A stretch of 63,399 nucleotides of DNA, counting the filler, from Clostridiaceae bacterium (lineage in GTDB: Bacteria > Bacillota > Clostridia > CAYPLH01 > DUMO01), in the NCBI GenBank assembly GCA_012839865.1. It is 4 parts of 4 records of this genome, joined end to end, with 100 filler letters (N's around TTAATTAATTAA, not from the genome) between each part and the next. Parts side by side here need not be neighbours in the genome. Positions count along the whole stretch, not along the records: positions 1 to 26,115 come from DUMO01000056.1; 3 more parts are not named here. One strand, given 5' to 3'. The notes under the pieces are model-generated. The model saw nothing but the letters and a program-made list of their open reading frames with translations. It was not told the origin of the DNA and did no database searches. Made by a program: the position numbers and the translations under genes. Position 1 is the stretch's first letter, and every line of letters starts with the position of its first letter. Shown here in pieces: positions 1 through 11,200 of the stretch.

Positions 1-216
1 AGGCCTTGCACTTTTCTTTTTTTCGTGTTATCTTACATCTAGTAGTTTCCATTGTAGGTTTTTTTCCTTTTTAACCTACCAGAGGTCTTTCAGGTCTCAT
101 TTCTTTCATACTAAGTTAACAGAGCCAGGCTTATTTGCTTCACGGCCTTGCTTTCTGACAGCAGTTTTGTCAACAAGAACTTTATGATTCACTTGGTAAT
201 GCAAATATCCCTGCAT

Positions 217-1503
217 TTATTTCTCCAGCATACTATAAAGCAACTCTATAATCAGAATCAGATTTCTTGTTATATGAAACGGGTCTTTGACCAGCAGCGC
301 GACAACCTTCTCCTGGGGCTTGCCGTCCCGGGTCAGTATTTGCAGCCACTCCCTTGTTTCACGGTCCGGGTTTGGAAAAAAAGAAAACGTGTAATCAAAA
401 ATTTTATCATGCCATTCAAGAAATTTTTCGTCTCCGGTTTTTTCATAGCACAGGAGTGTAGTATACAATGCTTCCGAATGAATCCACCAAAGCTTGTCAT
501 CCCAACTGTTCAAAACAAGTTTTGTCATATGTTCATTCGCTATGCCTTCTGTCGAACCCCCGGGTTTACCGCCGTTAATGCCGCAAAAATGCAATATTCC
601 GCCGTACTCATTGTCCCAGCCCGCTTGAAGCGCTCTTAAGGTGATAGCGCAAGCTTCTTTAATATACCGGTCATTGCCAAGCAATTCACCTGCACCTATC
701 ATAAACCACATATCCTCGATTATATGGCCCGGATTCATATGATTGCAGAGCAGGTTTTCATCGTAGCTGAAGTCTGAATAGACATATTCACGCAAATTTT
801 TGTTTTCATCAACGAAATGGTCCAATATCCCGTCATTGGCCTCTTTCAAAATATCTCTTAATTCGGGGCAATAGCCGGGATCAAGAATCCTTGCTGCAAA
901 ATGCATTTCCCGGGTCAAATTCGAAATGCCCATTAATCTGCTGTGAGTAGTATAATTCGGTGGCAAGGGATAAGGTAATGAGGGGTAGTTTCCTGAGTTT
1001 ACCCGCTCTAGATATGATTTGTACAAGTTTTTACAAAATTCATAAGTTTCAATATCTCCGGATGCTTCTGCATATTTGGCAAATCCACAAATTACAAAAT
1101 TGTCGGCGGAAATGCTTAAATCATAACGGTCATATCCCGGCAATAATTTATGCCTGCCTGTTTCATCCATGACATAAACGCATCTGAAGTCACCGGGAGC
1201 AATAAGGCAATGTTCAAAAAGAAAATCACGGCCGCTTTTGGCAAGATCCATAAACTTGCTTTTTTGCGCCTTGGTAAATGTTCCGCAATCTGTCATTGCA
1301 AGTTTTGACCATAGCCAGACAAAGCGGCCTTGCGACCATGTGTACTTGTCGCGGCTAAGCAGCTTTATTCCTTTATTGTCAAAACAATTAAAGAAGCCCC
1401 CGTTTTCTTTATCTATGGATTTATCAAGCCAAAACGGAAGAATATTATTGCATAATTCATTTTCATAGAAGCCCAGCAAAGCCCTGTTTTTCAACTTATC
1501 CAT
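217..1503 (-). CDS. N-acylglucosamine 2-epimerase (AGE) family protein
   Basis: Motifs DKENGGFFNCFD, KYTWSQGRFVW, NPGHIIEDMWF, GWDNEYGGI, KLWWIHSEALY, DPFHITR match the AGE/renin-binding protein pattern; start moved to ATG 1503 (MDKLK) behind a purine-rich RBS (ORF track start 1530). Confidence 0.85.
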   Translation of the reverse strand: MDKLKNRALLGFYENELCNNILPFWLDKSIDKENGGFFNCFDNKGIKLLSRDKYTWSQGRFVWLWSKLAMTDCGTFTKAQKSKFMDLAKSGRDFLFEHCLIAPGDFRCVYVMDETGRHKLLPGYDRYDLSISADNFVICGFAKYAEASGDIETYEFCKNLYKSYLERVNSGNYPSLPYPLPPNYTTHSRLMGISNLTREMHFAARILDPGYCPELRDILKEANDGILDHFVDENKNLREYVYSDFSYDENLLCNHMNPGHIIEDMWFMIGAGELLGNDRYIKEACAITLRALQAGWDNEYGGILHFCGINGGKPGGSTEGIANEHMTKLVLNSWDDKLWWIHSEALYTTLLCYEKTGDEKFLEWHDKIFDYTFSFFPNPDRETREWLQILTRDGKPQEKVVALLVKDPFHITRNLILIIELLYSMLEK

Positions 1504-1598
1504 AACATTCCTTTTCCTTTCCTGCATCATTGAATAATAAGACTGTAAAAATTTAGCAAGTATCGAAATTACAATGTTTTATTTACCCGCAGCGCTTC

Positions 1599-2471
1599 TT
1601 ATTCAATGTCAATTCCTACATTTCTGTATGCCACCTTAACAACTTCAGTTGCACCTTTATCCCCAAGTCCCATGATACGAGCCAGTTTATATACATTTAG
1701 AGCTCCATCAAGAACAAAACTTGGTGCTTTTATCTCTTCAAAAAGCATTTTAAAGTAACTGAGATCCTTAAGGCAGAAATTTACCGTAAACCCGTGATTG
1801 AAAGATTTTTTTATACACATGTTGCTAACCGCATTACGATATGCCAAGCTGTCCACGCTGCTGTCCTGAATAATTGTGAAAACCCTTTCCACATCATAAC
1901 CCATCTTCTCCACCAGGGTGAATGCTTCAGCGCAAATGGCAGATGTCAATATTCCTATATAGTTGTTTACAAGTTTAACTACATTCCCTGCACCTGCACT
2001 ACCTATATAATTGGTTGCCCTGGCAAAACAATCTATGATGCTTTTATATTTATCAAAGTCTTCCTTATCTCCGCCAACATTAACAGCCAATTTCCCCTCT
2101 GCTGCATGTACCGGTGTACCGGTTAAAGGAGCATCAAGGTAATCTCCGCCTGCTGCCTTGAATTTCGCATGAATAGCTTTGCTGGACATGGGAGTACTGG
2201 TGCTCAGGTCAATAACAGCCTTACCCTTGACTCCGACAGACAAGAACTTGTCAGTCATCTCCTCTACTTCAGGATAACCCGGCAAAGACAGGAAAGTTAC
2301 ATCACACATTTTGAAAAGCTCTACATCACTATTTGCCAGCCTGGCTTTTCCATCAAACCTCTTCATTGCTTCATCCGAAATATCATATACTGTTGTATCG
2401 TAACCATTTTTAATAAGATTTGAGCAGACACCGCTTCCCATTTTCCCAAGACCGATAAAACCAATTTTCAT
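1599..2471 (-). CDS. NAD(P)-dependent beta-hydroxyacid dehydrogenase (3-hydroxyisobutyrate/tartronate semialdehyde reductase family)
   Basis: Rossmann GFIGLGKMG, DAPLTG, GAGNVVKLVNN catalytic Lys motif, F...KDL; AAGGAG RBS favours ATG 2471 over 2480. Confidence 0.85.
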   Translation of the reverse strand: MKIGFIGLGKMGSGVCSNLIKNGYDTTVYDISDEAMKRFDGKARLANSDVELFKMCDVTFLSLPGYPEVEEMTDKFLSVGVKGKAVIDLSTSTPMSSKAIHAKFKAAGGDYLDAPLTGTPVHAAEGKLAVNVGGDKEDFDKYKSIIDCFARATNYIGSAGAGNVVKLVNNYIGILTSAICAEAFTLVEKMGYDVERVFTIIQDSSVDSLAYRNAVSNMCIKKSFNHGFTVNFCLKDLSYFKMLFEEIKAPSFVLDGALNVYKLARIMGLGDKGATEVVKVAYRNVGIDIE

Positions 2472-2665
2472 TTGATTCATCTCCTTAAATTTGTAATAGA
2501 TAACTAAATGATGTGATTAACAATAAACAAGCCATCAGAAAAAAATTATTTGAGCCAAAACAATATCTTCTGCAAATGATTATATTTGCAAGATCAATAC
2601 TTTGTCTTTATACAAATTGAAATATTTTTTATACAAATTCAATCCCTGACAATTTTAAATCCGCC

Positions 2666-2694
2666 TTACATTGCCGAGGAAAATTATGTATAAT
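2666..2694 (+). promoter_or_regulatory. putative sigma-A promoter of patatin gene
   Basis: TTACAT-N17-TATAAT about 40 nt upstream of ATG 2737. Confidence 0.5.
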
Positions 2695-2736
2695 TGATTT
2701 CAGGCACTTAAATTTGAACGAAAGGGATTTATTTGT

Positions 2737-4050
2737 ATGGAGTATGGAGTTGTATTTGGAGGGGGCGGTTCCAGAGGTTCATATGAGATCGGTGTCTGGA
2801 AGGCTCTTTTGGAAATGGGAATTGACATCAAGGCCGTCGCAGGGACATCGGTAGGTGCCTTAAACGGTGCCATGCTTGTACAGGGGGACTTTGAAACCGC
2901 GTATGATATCTGGGTAAATTTAAACATACAGAACATTGTCAAGCTTGAAAATATAAGCCTCAGCGAAGAAAACCGCATAAGCATAAAAGATTTTATTACA
3001 TATTTAAGGTGCCTTTTGAAAGACGGAGGGCTTGATATATCACCCCTCAGAGAGTTGCTGTTAAAATATATTGATGAAGAGCGCATTCGAAAATCAAAAA
3101 TAGATTTTGGCCTTGTAACTTTTTCCCTGTCAGATTTAAAACCTGTGATTGTGTATAAAGAGCAGATTCCTGAAGGGCAGCTGATTGATTACCTGATTGC
3201 CAGTGCATCACTGCCTGTATTCAAGAATCAGGCAATTGAAAATAAAATATTTGTAGACGGCGGGATTTATGACAATATTCCTGTTTCACTGATTGCGGAT
3301 AAAGGCATTGAGAATATTGTCGTGGTTGATTGCTCAGGAATTGGACGAGTAAGAAAAATTTTCTTCGATGGCATTAAGACAATATATATTAAAAACTCCA
3401 GACACTTAGGCGGAACTCTTCATTTCGACAGCCAGATAATCAAAAACAATATCGATCTGGGATATCTGGACGCCCTTAAGGCTTTTGGCAAATTAACAGG
3501 TAAAAGATTCTTTTTCTCTGTACAAAACAAAAATGATTTTCTTACCACCCCCTTGACTCAAAACAGCATTGACATGCTTTTTTCCATGCTTGATATCAAG
3601 AAAATGCGTCTGCCTTCCGACATAATTGCAAACTACAGAATATTAAGAACAATTAAAGGATATGTAAACGGTGAATTAAACGCAGGCAATATTGTCTTGG
3701 CAGCACTGGAAATAACTGCAGAAGTGTTTGGAATAGACTCCCTTAATACGTATAACCCGGATGAACTTGCCAATTTGATATTCAAAGAATATTGCGAGCT
3801 TAAAGAAAGTAAATTTTTATCCAATCCATTAAGTAATATAAAAAGCCTTATACCCGATAAAGTATCCGATCTGAGAAGTGCAGATGCAAAATATCTTGCT
3901 TGTATTGGTGTAGGCAGCGACGAGTCAATAAACATGATTCTATACAGAAAATTTCTTGCCACCACGCTTCCTAAAATTTGTATAGCAAATTTGTTTCTTT
4001 CATTGATGGCTGTAAGAATGGAAGAAAGTGAAAACATGCCTGGCAGCTGA
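2737..4050 (+). CDS. patatin-like phospholipase
   Basis: GGGGSRG oxyanion loop, GTSVG nucleophile motif, DGG catalytic Asp motif. Confidence 0.9.
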   Translation: MEYGVVFGGGGSRGSYEIGVWKALLEMGIDIKAVAGTSVGALNGAMLVQGDFETAYDIWVNLNIQNIVKLENISLSEENRISIKDFITYLRCLLKDGGLDISPLRELLLKYIDEERIRKSKIDFGLVTFSLSDLKPVIVYKEQIPEGQLIDYLIASASLPVFKNQAIENKIFVDGGIYDNIPVSLIADKGIENIVVVDCSGIGRVRKIFFDGIKTIYIKNSRHLGGTLHFDSQIIKNNIDLGYLDALKAFGKLTGKRFFFSVQNKNDFLTTPLTQNSIDMLFSMLDIKKMRLPSDIIANYRILRTIKGYVNGELNAGNIVLAALEITAEVFGIDSLNTYNPDELANLIFKEYCELKESKFLSNPLSNIKSLIPDKVSDLRSADAKYLACIGVGSDESINMILYRKFLATTLPKICIANLFLSLMAVRMEESENMPGS

Positions 4051-4184
4051 TATGCTGTTTCTGCTTTGAGGGAAGACTTCTCTGGCGGAGAATTCTTTGG
4101 ATGAAATCTTTTTATGCTGAGAATTCCCGCTAATAATGCCTGAACCAAATGCAAATCCAACGGAGAGGCTTTTTTCAGCTTCAG

Positions 4185-4697
4185 TCACCTTACGAACTTC
4201 CTCAGCCGGGAATTGTAATACCCAATAAAAAGAGAATAAACATAGTCATAAACAATAAATATAATTTCAAGTAAAATTGCAACAAGAGGCAAAGGAACTC
4301 CAAGTTCGGTGCCCTCCAGTAAAAATTCTTTTGCCGCATAGTACGCAATTATCAGAACCGTATTGAAATAAAGCAGTTTCAGTACGTACTCAAGATATCT
4401 TTTATTGAGTTTCTCTATGTAATATTTAATTATTCCATAAATCCCGAAAAAGGATATATAAGGCACTACTCCGAGTTTGTTCTGCAGAATAAAAAGGGAA
4501 ATCAACCCGGAGGAAATGTAAAAAAGCCATCCTGCGGCACAGCCCGATTCAATCATTACTATTGAAACCAAGAATGAGCTTAGAATATACAGAGACAACC
4601 GGCTTGTAGGCAAAGTTGTCGCAAAAAACAATATCAGCACCGTGCATGCCGAAAGTAAACCGTTCAAAGCAATTTTCCTGGTATTTATCCTGCTCAT
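4185..4697 (-). CDS. conserved multi-pass membrane protein (hypothetical)
   Basis: About 5 hydrophobic helices; co-oriented directly downstream of J-domain gene. Confidence 0.75.
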   Translation of the reverse strand: MSRINTRKIALNGLLSACTVLILFFATTLPTSRLSLYILSSFLVSIVMIESGCAAGWLFYISSGLISLFILQNKLGVVPYISFFGIYGIIKYYIEKLNKRYLEYVLKLLYFNTVLIIAYYAAKEFLLEGTELGVPLPLVAILLEIIFIVYDYVYSLFIGYYNSRLRKFVR

Positions 4698-4725
4698 GGG
4701 ACTCCTCCAAATTGTTTACGTCAAC

Positions 4726-5343
4726 TTAACAGCAGGGTATAAAATCTCCTCCTGCACACTCACAGCAGCAATCGGTGCACCAAAGACACTGGCAAAGTGT
4801 GCAAAGGTCGTCATTTGAATAACCATGGCCATGGGAATACTGCCTGTAACCCTGGTTTGAAGCATACATTCTGTTAAGAGTCTGCCTGTATTCATAGTTG
4901 TTGGGTTCCATGTTGACTGCAGTCTGAATCTGCATCAATGCCTCAGTATACCAACCTCTTTTGAGGAAAATCAAGCCTTTAAGATAATGCCACTCAGCAG
5001 GTCTGTAGGTGGTATTGTTAAGAAGTTCCTCGGCTGCCCCAAGATTTCCCTGGTTTATGTGTGTCCTGGCCTGGTTTAATATATCGTCACTGCTCCCGCT
5101 TGTACTGCCCCAGTTGTAGTCATTCCTGCGGAATCCTCTGGAACTTCCTCTTTTTTTCATAAGAATTTCATAGGCTTCATTAACTTCTCTCAGTTTCTCC
5201 TCTGCAAGGTCTGATAAAGGATTATTTGCATACTGGTCGGGATGATACTTTTTGACCAATTCCCTGTAAGCACGCTTTATCTCCTCCTCACTGGCGCCTT
5301 CCTTAAGCCCCAGTACTTCATATGGATTTTTCAAATTCACCAC
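4726..5343 (-). CDS. J-domain (DnaJ-type) protein with TPR-like repeats and Cys-rich C-terminus
   Basis: NPYEVLG...YHPD J-domain; [18 protein letters not shown]-like segment; 9 Cys in last ~26 aa. Confidence 0.85.
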   Translation of the reverse strand: MVNLKNPYEVLGLKEGASEEEIKRAYRELVKKYHPDQYANNPLSDLAEEKLREVNEAYEILMKKRGSSRGFRRNDYNWGSTSGSSDDILNQARTHINQGNLGAAEELLNNTTYRPAEWHYLKGLIFLKRGWYTEALMQIQTAVNMEPNNYEYRQTLNRMYASNQGYRQYSHGHGYSNDDLCTLCQCLWCTDCCCECAGGDFIPCC

Positions 5344-5374
5344 ATCTCCCTTAACTGCATTAAATCCTATGTTA

Positions 5375-6262
5375 TCAATTTTGCCGCTTTCCCTTACAAT
5401 TTATATTATTTAAAACCAACTCGGTCTGTCTTAGCATACCCATATAAATAATGTTTTCTACCAGTCCCCTGTTTCTTTTCACATCAAGCAACTCAAATGC
5501 TTTGGAAATCTCATTAAGTGAGTATGTCAGGGTAAATTCCATATCCTTTTTGATTCTGTTCTTAAAATCAGCAATATTTTCATTTTCAGTATATTTATAT
5601 TGATATATCAGCGGGTTATATGAATTGCTTTTAATATCTCTCTCAATATCATGGAACGCATCAATCATATAAACCCATTTTCCCAGATTATAACCTAGCC
5701 ATTTTAGAATTTTCACCGTATTTTCATCTTCAATAACCGGACCGGAGCCGGTTACTTCCGCCATTAATGCTGCAAAAGGTTCAGCAGCCTGATCTATTGA
5801 AGAACACTTTTCCTTTTCAAGCGTTGAAAGTTTTGAAAGATTCTCCTCAACTGCAGAACACAGTTTTGAATATTTATTCTTCAGCTTCTTATATTTCAGG
5901 TGCAAAGCCGCCATGCCGGGAAGTGAAATCAAAAGCTTGTCGTCATCCCATTTGTCCTTCAAGCTGTGGTAGGATAAAATTATATTTATATCCGCAGCAT
6001 AATCTATGGCTTTGTCATCTCTGTACACTCTCCTTCTATTGGCAGGGTGCAAAAGACACCTTTCCATACATGACTTTGGCTCACTCTGGGAAACAGAAGA
6101 CAACAAAAGCGCTAAAAACGTCGAATCATAGTTTAATGTCAAACGTGGAAGCTGTCCAAAATTTCTTCCAATGGATTTGCAGACCCCGCAGTAATAAGCT
6201 CTGAATACTTCATATTCACGAATTTTGAGCTCGGGCTTTTCAGGTCTTATATATCCAAACAT
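5375..6262 (-). CDS. DUF5685-like conserved protein
   Basis: MFGY..P.K.ELK.RE...YYCG.C N-terminus characteristic of this clostridial family; RBS GGAGG. Confidence 0.7.
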   Translation of the reverse strand: MFGYIRPEKPELKIREYEVFRAYYCGVCKSIGRNFGQLPRLTLNYDSTFLALLLSSVSQSEPKSCMERCLLHPANRRRVYRDDKAIDYAADINIILSYHSLKDKWDDDKLLISLPGMAALHLKYKKLKNKYSKLCSAVEENLSKLSTLEKEKCSSIDQAAEPFAALMAEVTGSGPVIEDENTVKILKWLGYNLGKWVYMIDAFHDIERDIKSNSYNPLIYQYKYTENENIADFKNRIKKDMEFTLTYSLNEISKAFELLDVKRNRGLVENIIYMGMLRQTELVLNNINCKGKRQN

Positions 6263-6322
6263 ATATCCTCCGTCCGGTTATGTTGCAGAACTTTCCCAGG
6301 TTCAACCAAAGTCGCAACCCCG

Positions 6323-6841
6323 CTAGTGATTCAAGCTTTTATTGATTTTTTTGAAATTTCTGGCATACATAATAAAAGCAAATAATGCAAAAAGCACGGC
6401 TGCTATTATGAAAACATGACCATATGGCGAGTTGAAAATAATCAATACTATGGCCAGATAAAATATAACTGTTGCCAATTTGCCGTACCAGTTTGCAGAC
6501 ACTACGAAATTTTTCCGCTTATACAACAATACGCTCCCCAAAATCATTAAAAATTCCTTTGCTAAAATTAGAATTAAAACAATTAATTCTATCTTGCCCA
6601 AAAATGTGAGAATGGCCAGAGCCGTAAGCTGCATCAGCTTGTCTGCCAAGGGGTCGGCAAGCTTTCCAAATGAAGTAACCAGATTGTATTTCCTTGCTAT
6701 ATGCCCGTCAAGGATATCTGTAATACCACCTGCCAAAAAAAGAATCGCTGCTGCAATATATTTTTCTACAAACAGACAATAACCGAAAATGGGTATCAAA
6801 AGTATTCTTATAGCAGTCAAAATATTAGGTAGATTCAGCAT
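6323..6841 (-). CDS. CDP-alcohol phosphatidyltransferase (PgsA-like)
   Basis: NLPNILT..R, DILDGHIARK...TSFGKLADPLADK signature. Confidence 0.88.
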   Translation of the reverse strand: MLNLPNILTAIRILLIPIFGYCLFVEKYIAAAILFLAGGITDILDGHIARKYNLVTSFGKLADPLADKLMQLTALAILTFLGKIELIVLILILAKEFLMILGSVLLYKRKNFVVSANWYGKLATVIFYLAIVLIIFNSPYGHVFIIAAVLFALFAFIMYARNFKKINKSLNH

Positions 6842-7293
6842 TATTCACCTCTGATGTTTGGTGGCATGTAAAAACACACAAACAGTCAATAAAAAATTCA
6901 TGTACCTGTTATAGCAAAAGTTCCAAAAAGCACATGAAAAAATGCGATGCATATACTTTACCGCAATGGAAATCAATCAAACATTCAGGTTATATTTCAT
7001 GTGGAATACTTACTTTCGCCGTAACATAATAAAGTTTATCACAATTTGCTGTTTTATTTCAACAATATAATAAATCCTTCCAACTTTCAGGAAGTCAAAT
7101 TGCTGTTCATCGCAGATTGTTTTAGAGACAATGGACTGGCATAAGGTAACAGTAATGGTTCTTGCAATAAAAAGTACTGGTTTATGATAAGTAATAATGT
7201 TATAATATCATATTATGCTTACTACCTATATATTTAAATAAATATATGTAATATAGCCAGAATTGCCCCAATTGTAAAGTGCAAATTGTGCCA

Positions 7294-7710
7294 TCAGGCT
7301 TTAATACCGGCAAGCAAATTATAAATTTCAGGCTTGTACTTTTTTAAATTAACAGGTTTCAACCCGGTATTGGTCCAAACATGAACTGTTTCACCTGTTA
7401 CTATCGGCTTTGGGCATCCTTTTTTTAATATTTCATAATTAAAGTATATTCTCGTATAAGTAATATCTTTTATGCTAGTAATTACCGTTATTTCGTCCTC
7501 ATATGTTGCGGAACCGTAAAATTTGCAGTTAAGTTCTATTAAAGGCAACATTATTCCCATGCTTTCGATGTCAGAATAAGACATACCCAGCTTTTTTACA
7601 AAATCCGTCCTTCCGGCTTCAAACCAGACAAGATAATTGGAATGGTGCACGATTCCCATTTTATCAGTTTCTGCATATCGTACAATAAGTTTTGTCTCGC
7701 TGCATATCAT
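7294..7710 (-). CDS. acyl-CoA thioesterase, YbgC/FadM (hotdog) family
   Basis: VRYAETDKMGIVHHSNYLVWFEAGR motif. Confidence 0.9.
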   Translation of the reverse strand: MICSETKLIVRYAETDKMGIVHHSNYLVWFEAGRTDFVKKLGMSYSDIESMGIMLPLIELNCKFYGSATYEDEITVITSIKDITYTRIYFNYEILKKGCPKPIVTGETVHVWTNTGLKPVNLKKYKPEIYNLLAGIKA

Positions 7711-7818
7711 AAAACATCACCTGTTGTTTTTTTATTTTTCAACCCCTGTGTCAACAGTTCCTGCACAGACTGATGCCCATACCTTTGTCTTATGTTTTAT
7801 AATCCCTGTATTTGCCCT

Positions 7819-7853
7819 AAAAAACACAAAACCGTGTTATTAAAAAACACGGG
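7819..7853 (-). terminator. probable intrinsic terminator
   Basis: CCGTGTT/AACACGG stem followed by T-rich run on minus strand, downstream of 7889-8083 gene. Confidence 0.5.
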
Positions 7854-7888
7854 CTTGTTTTCATATTTTATTAATCCGAAAAAGCAAA

Positions 7889-8083
7889 TCAGAATCCCTC
7901 AATTATTACGCTATGAGCCTCTTCAACTTCAGATTCAGGTACAAGTACCTCATAATACGTATCGTTATTGTCACGATTCTTGCTGATGGGGCTTAACTTT
8001 ACCAATATGCCTTCCTTTGTTAACAAATCTTGAAGTTTTGTTGCAATTTCCTTACTCTGTGCCATGTATACAACAGTCCACAT
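7889..8083 (-). CDS. small DUF2007-like (putative signal-transducing) protein
   Basis: 64 aa, strong RBS AAAGGGGAG, MWTVVY...L..EGILVK...YEVLVPESEVEEAH pattern. Confidence 0.7.
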   Translation of the reverse strand: MWTVVYMAQSKEIATKLQDLLTKEGILVKLSPISKNRDNNDTYYEVLVPESEVEEAHSVIIEGF

Positions 8084-8293
8084 TCAACGCACTCCCCTTT
8101 TAAACATGATCGAACTTCCGGGATACTTTCAGATTCCCCGGTTGTCCTTAATAAATCGGCACCAATTACTTTACTTTCTTCTTTATAATTGCAGAAACTT
8201 CGCCAATCACATCACCCAACCTTAACTATATATTATTTCAGACAAAAAATCAATAATGAAAAACCAGCCCCCTATTGCTGTTCCCTGCCCTTG

Positions 8294-11200
8294 CTATACA
8301 AACCTGACGTTCTCATTGCCAAGTCTCGCTGCAAGCTCAGCTACAAGGCAATCATTTACGTTTACCCAAAATTCCCGGTCCAGGTCCTTTCTCCTCTTAT
8401 CCTTCTCATAATAGAGGCAAACAGGAGTGTTTCCGTTAAAAAACTTTAGCAGTGGCTCAATACTTCTCTCTGTTTCCTCATCAATTTCTTCGGTAATTCT
8501 TAAATAAATCCTTGCAGCCTTGGTAATGTTTTTTACCGGCTCCACACTTTCACATATAATTTTGGGCGCCTCTTCTTCTTTTATACTCACTTTTCCATTA
8601 ATAAGCACTATGCTTTCCACTTCCAGAAGCCTTTGATACTTCTTCAGGATCGTTGGAAATACTATAACCTCTATTGAACCATAAAGGTCCTCCACTGTAA
8701 TAAACGCCATCATATTATTGCTTTTGGTCGTTTTTGTCGTTCTTCCGGTAATTATTCCCCCTATTGAAACATTCATACCGTCTTTTATATTTTTTATTTC
8801 CCCGTTAATTTCCCGGCCATCTTCCCCGGATTCCAATTCAAGGTCGGTACTGTAAAGTGTTACATAGTTTTTCAGCACATTCCGATACTCATCAAGGGGG
8901 TGGCCTGAAATATACAACCCAAGCATGTCTTTTTCCATAGAAAGAAGCATTTCGTGAGGATATTCATTAAGTTCCGGATAATTTTCCTTTTCATCGTCAA
9001 CAAGCCCGGAATCGGATATCTGGAACAGAGACAGCTGCCCTTCAATATTCTTCTTTATCCTGTTTGCAACCCCGTCAATCATTTTTTCGTAAACTGCCAT
9101 GAGTTTGGACCTGTAAATGCCAAAAGAATCAAATGCCCCGCATTTTATCAGGCTTTCAATACACCTTTTGTTTACATCCTGTCCGCCTATGCGTTCGCAA
9201 AAATCCCTGAAATTCTTAAAGGGACCGTTTTTCTGCCTTTCCGTAATAATAAGTTTTACTGCATTTATTCCAACATTTTTAACGGCAGTCAGCCCGAACC
9301 TGATTCTTCCGTTTACCACCTTAAAGCTGATATGGCTTTCGTTAATATCTGGCGGAAGCACTTGAATGCCCATGGATTTGCACTCATTTACGTATTTTGA
9401 TACCTTGGTGCTGTCACCAAGGGCTCCGTTCAAAAGTGCCGCCATAAACTCCACCGGGTAGTGATACTTAAGCCATGCTGTCTGATACGCAACTACGGCA
9501 TAGGCTGCTGCATGGGACTTGTTGAAAGCATAGGACGCAAAATCCACCATTTCATCAAAAATATCATTTGCAGTTTTTTCATCGACACCGTTCCTGATGG
9601 CTCCCTTTACTATAACATTTCCCTTTTCATCAGTAATTCCGTATATAAAGTTTTTTCTTTCCTGGTTCATTATGTCCGCTTTTTTCTTGGCCATGGCACG
9701 CCGGACCAGGTCCGACCGTCCCATCGAATACCCGGCCAGTTCACGCACAATCTGCATGACCTGTTCCTGGTATATAATGCACCCATAGGTTACACACAGT
9801 ATTTTTTCTAGAAGCGGGTGCTTGTATACAATTTCATCCGGGTTGTTCTTGTACTTCACATATTTCGGTATTTGGTCCATGGGCCCCGGCCTGTATAATG
9901 AAATTCCGGCAATAATATCTTCCAGGGATTCAGGCTTCAGCTCTGTCATAAACTGGGTCATACCGATGCCTTCAAGCTGGAAAACACCGCTGGTTTTCCC
10001 TTTCGCAATCATTTTATAGACCTCGGCATCATCAAAGGGAATATTGTCAATATCAATTCGTACATTATGGTTTTGCTCAATCATTCCTATGGCATCCCGG
10101 ATAATTGTAAGGTTCATCAGCCCAAGAAAGTCCATCTTAAGAAGCCCCAGTTCTTCAATTGTCCCCATTGGAAACTGGGTGGTGGTTATATCGTCATTTT
10201 TTTGCAAGGGTACATATTCCGTTATGGGGTCTTTGGAAATTACAACTCCGGCTGCATGAGTTGAAGCATGCCGGGGCATGCCTTCAAGAAGTTTAGCCGT
10301 GTTTATCAATTCGGCCACCCTCTCATCCTCTTCATAACGTTCCTTCAAGTCCGGACTCAGCTCAAGGGCATTGTCAATGGTCATTCCCGGCATAAAGGGT
10401 ATCATTTTGGCTATCTGATCCACTTCACCGTAAGGCATGTCCAATGCTCTTCCCACATCTCTGATGGCTCCCCGGGCAGCCATGGTTCCAAAGGTAATAA
10501 TCTGGGCCACCCTATCTTCCCCATATTTTTTTATTACATAATCAATTACTTCCTGTCTTCTTGCAACGCAAAAATCTATATCGAAATCTGGCATGCTTAT
10601 TCTTTCAGGATTTAAAAAGCGTTCAAATATCAAATTATATTTGATTGGGTCCACATTGGTTATTTTAAGGCAGTATGCAGCCAGACTGCCTGTACCTGAG
10701 CCTCTTCCCGGCCCGACCATGATGCCTTTTTCCCTGGCAAACCTTACAAAATCCCATACAATCAGGAAATAATCAACATAACCCATTTGCCGTATGACCG
10801 AAAGCTCGTACACAAGCCTTTCAACTATATTTGGGGCTGCATTTTTTCCATACCTTTCTATAAGCCCCTCATGACACAGCTTGCTTAAAAATTCAAAGGG
10901 CTCCTCTCCCCCCGGCACCTTGAACTCAGGCAGGTGCAGCTTCCCGAATTCAAGCTCCACATTGCAACGCCCGGCTATTTTCAAAGTGTTTTCTATAGCT
11001 TCGGGTATATTTCTGAATAAATGACACATTTCTTGTGGAGATTTCACGTAGAATTCATCAGTGGGAAATTTCATCCTGTTCTCGTCATTTATACTGGTCA
11101 CAGTCTGAATGCACAGCAGAATTTCATGGGCCCGGGCATTCTCCTTTTTTAGGTAGTGGGCGTCATTTGTGGCAACCAGGGGAATGCCTGTTTCTTTTGA

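Noticed and set aside
217..2471. Sulfoglycolysis (YihS isomerase + YihU reductase) interpretation
   Set aside because: Epimerase motifs follow AGE (QGR.VW, NPGH..E..WF, KLWW.HSEA) rather than YihS, and the dehydrogenase has DAPLTGT without the Arg of the YihU sulfonate-binding GRT motif; no SQ aldolase, kinase or sulfoquinovosidase seen
7080..7135. GTTTTAGAG-containing hairpins suggesting a tracrRNA or Cas9 repeat
   Set aside because: Single 9-bp match, no array, no cas genes
8160..8215. Possible small gene (e.g. mtrB/TRAP) after dnaE
   Set aside because: Only a 14-17 codon ORF (GDVIGEVSAIIKKKVK) with no TRAP similarity and weak RBS
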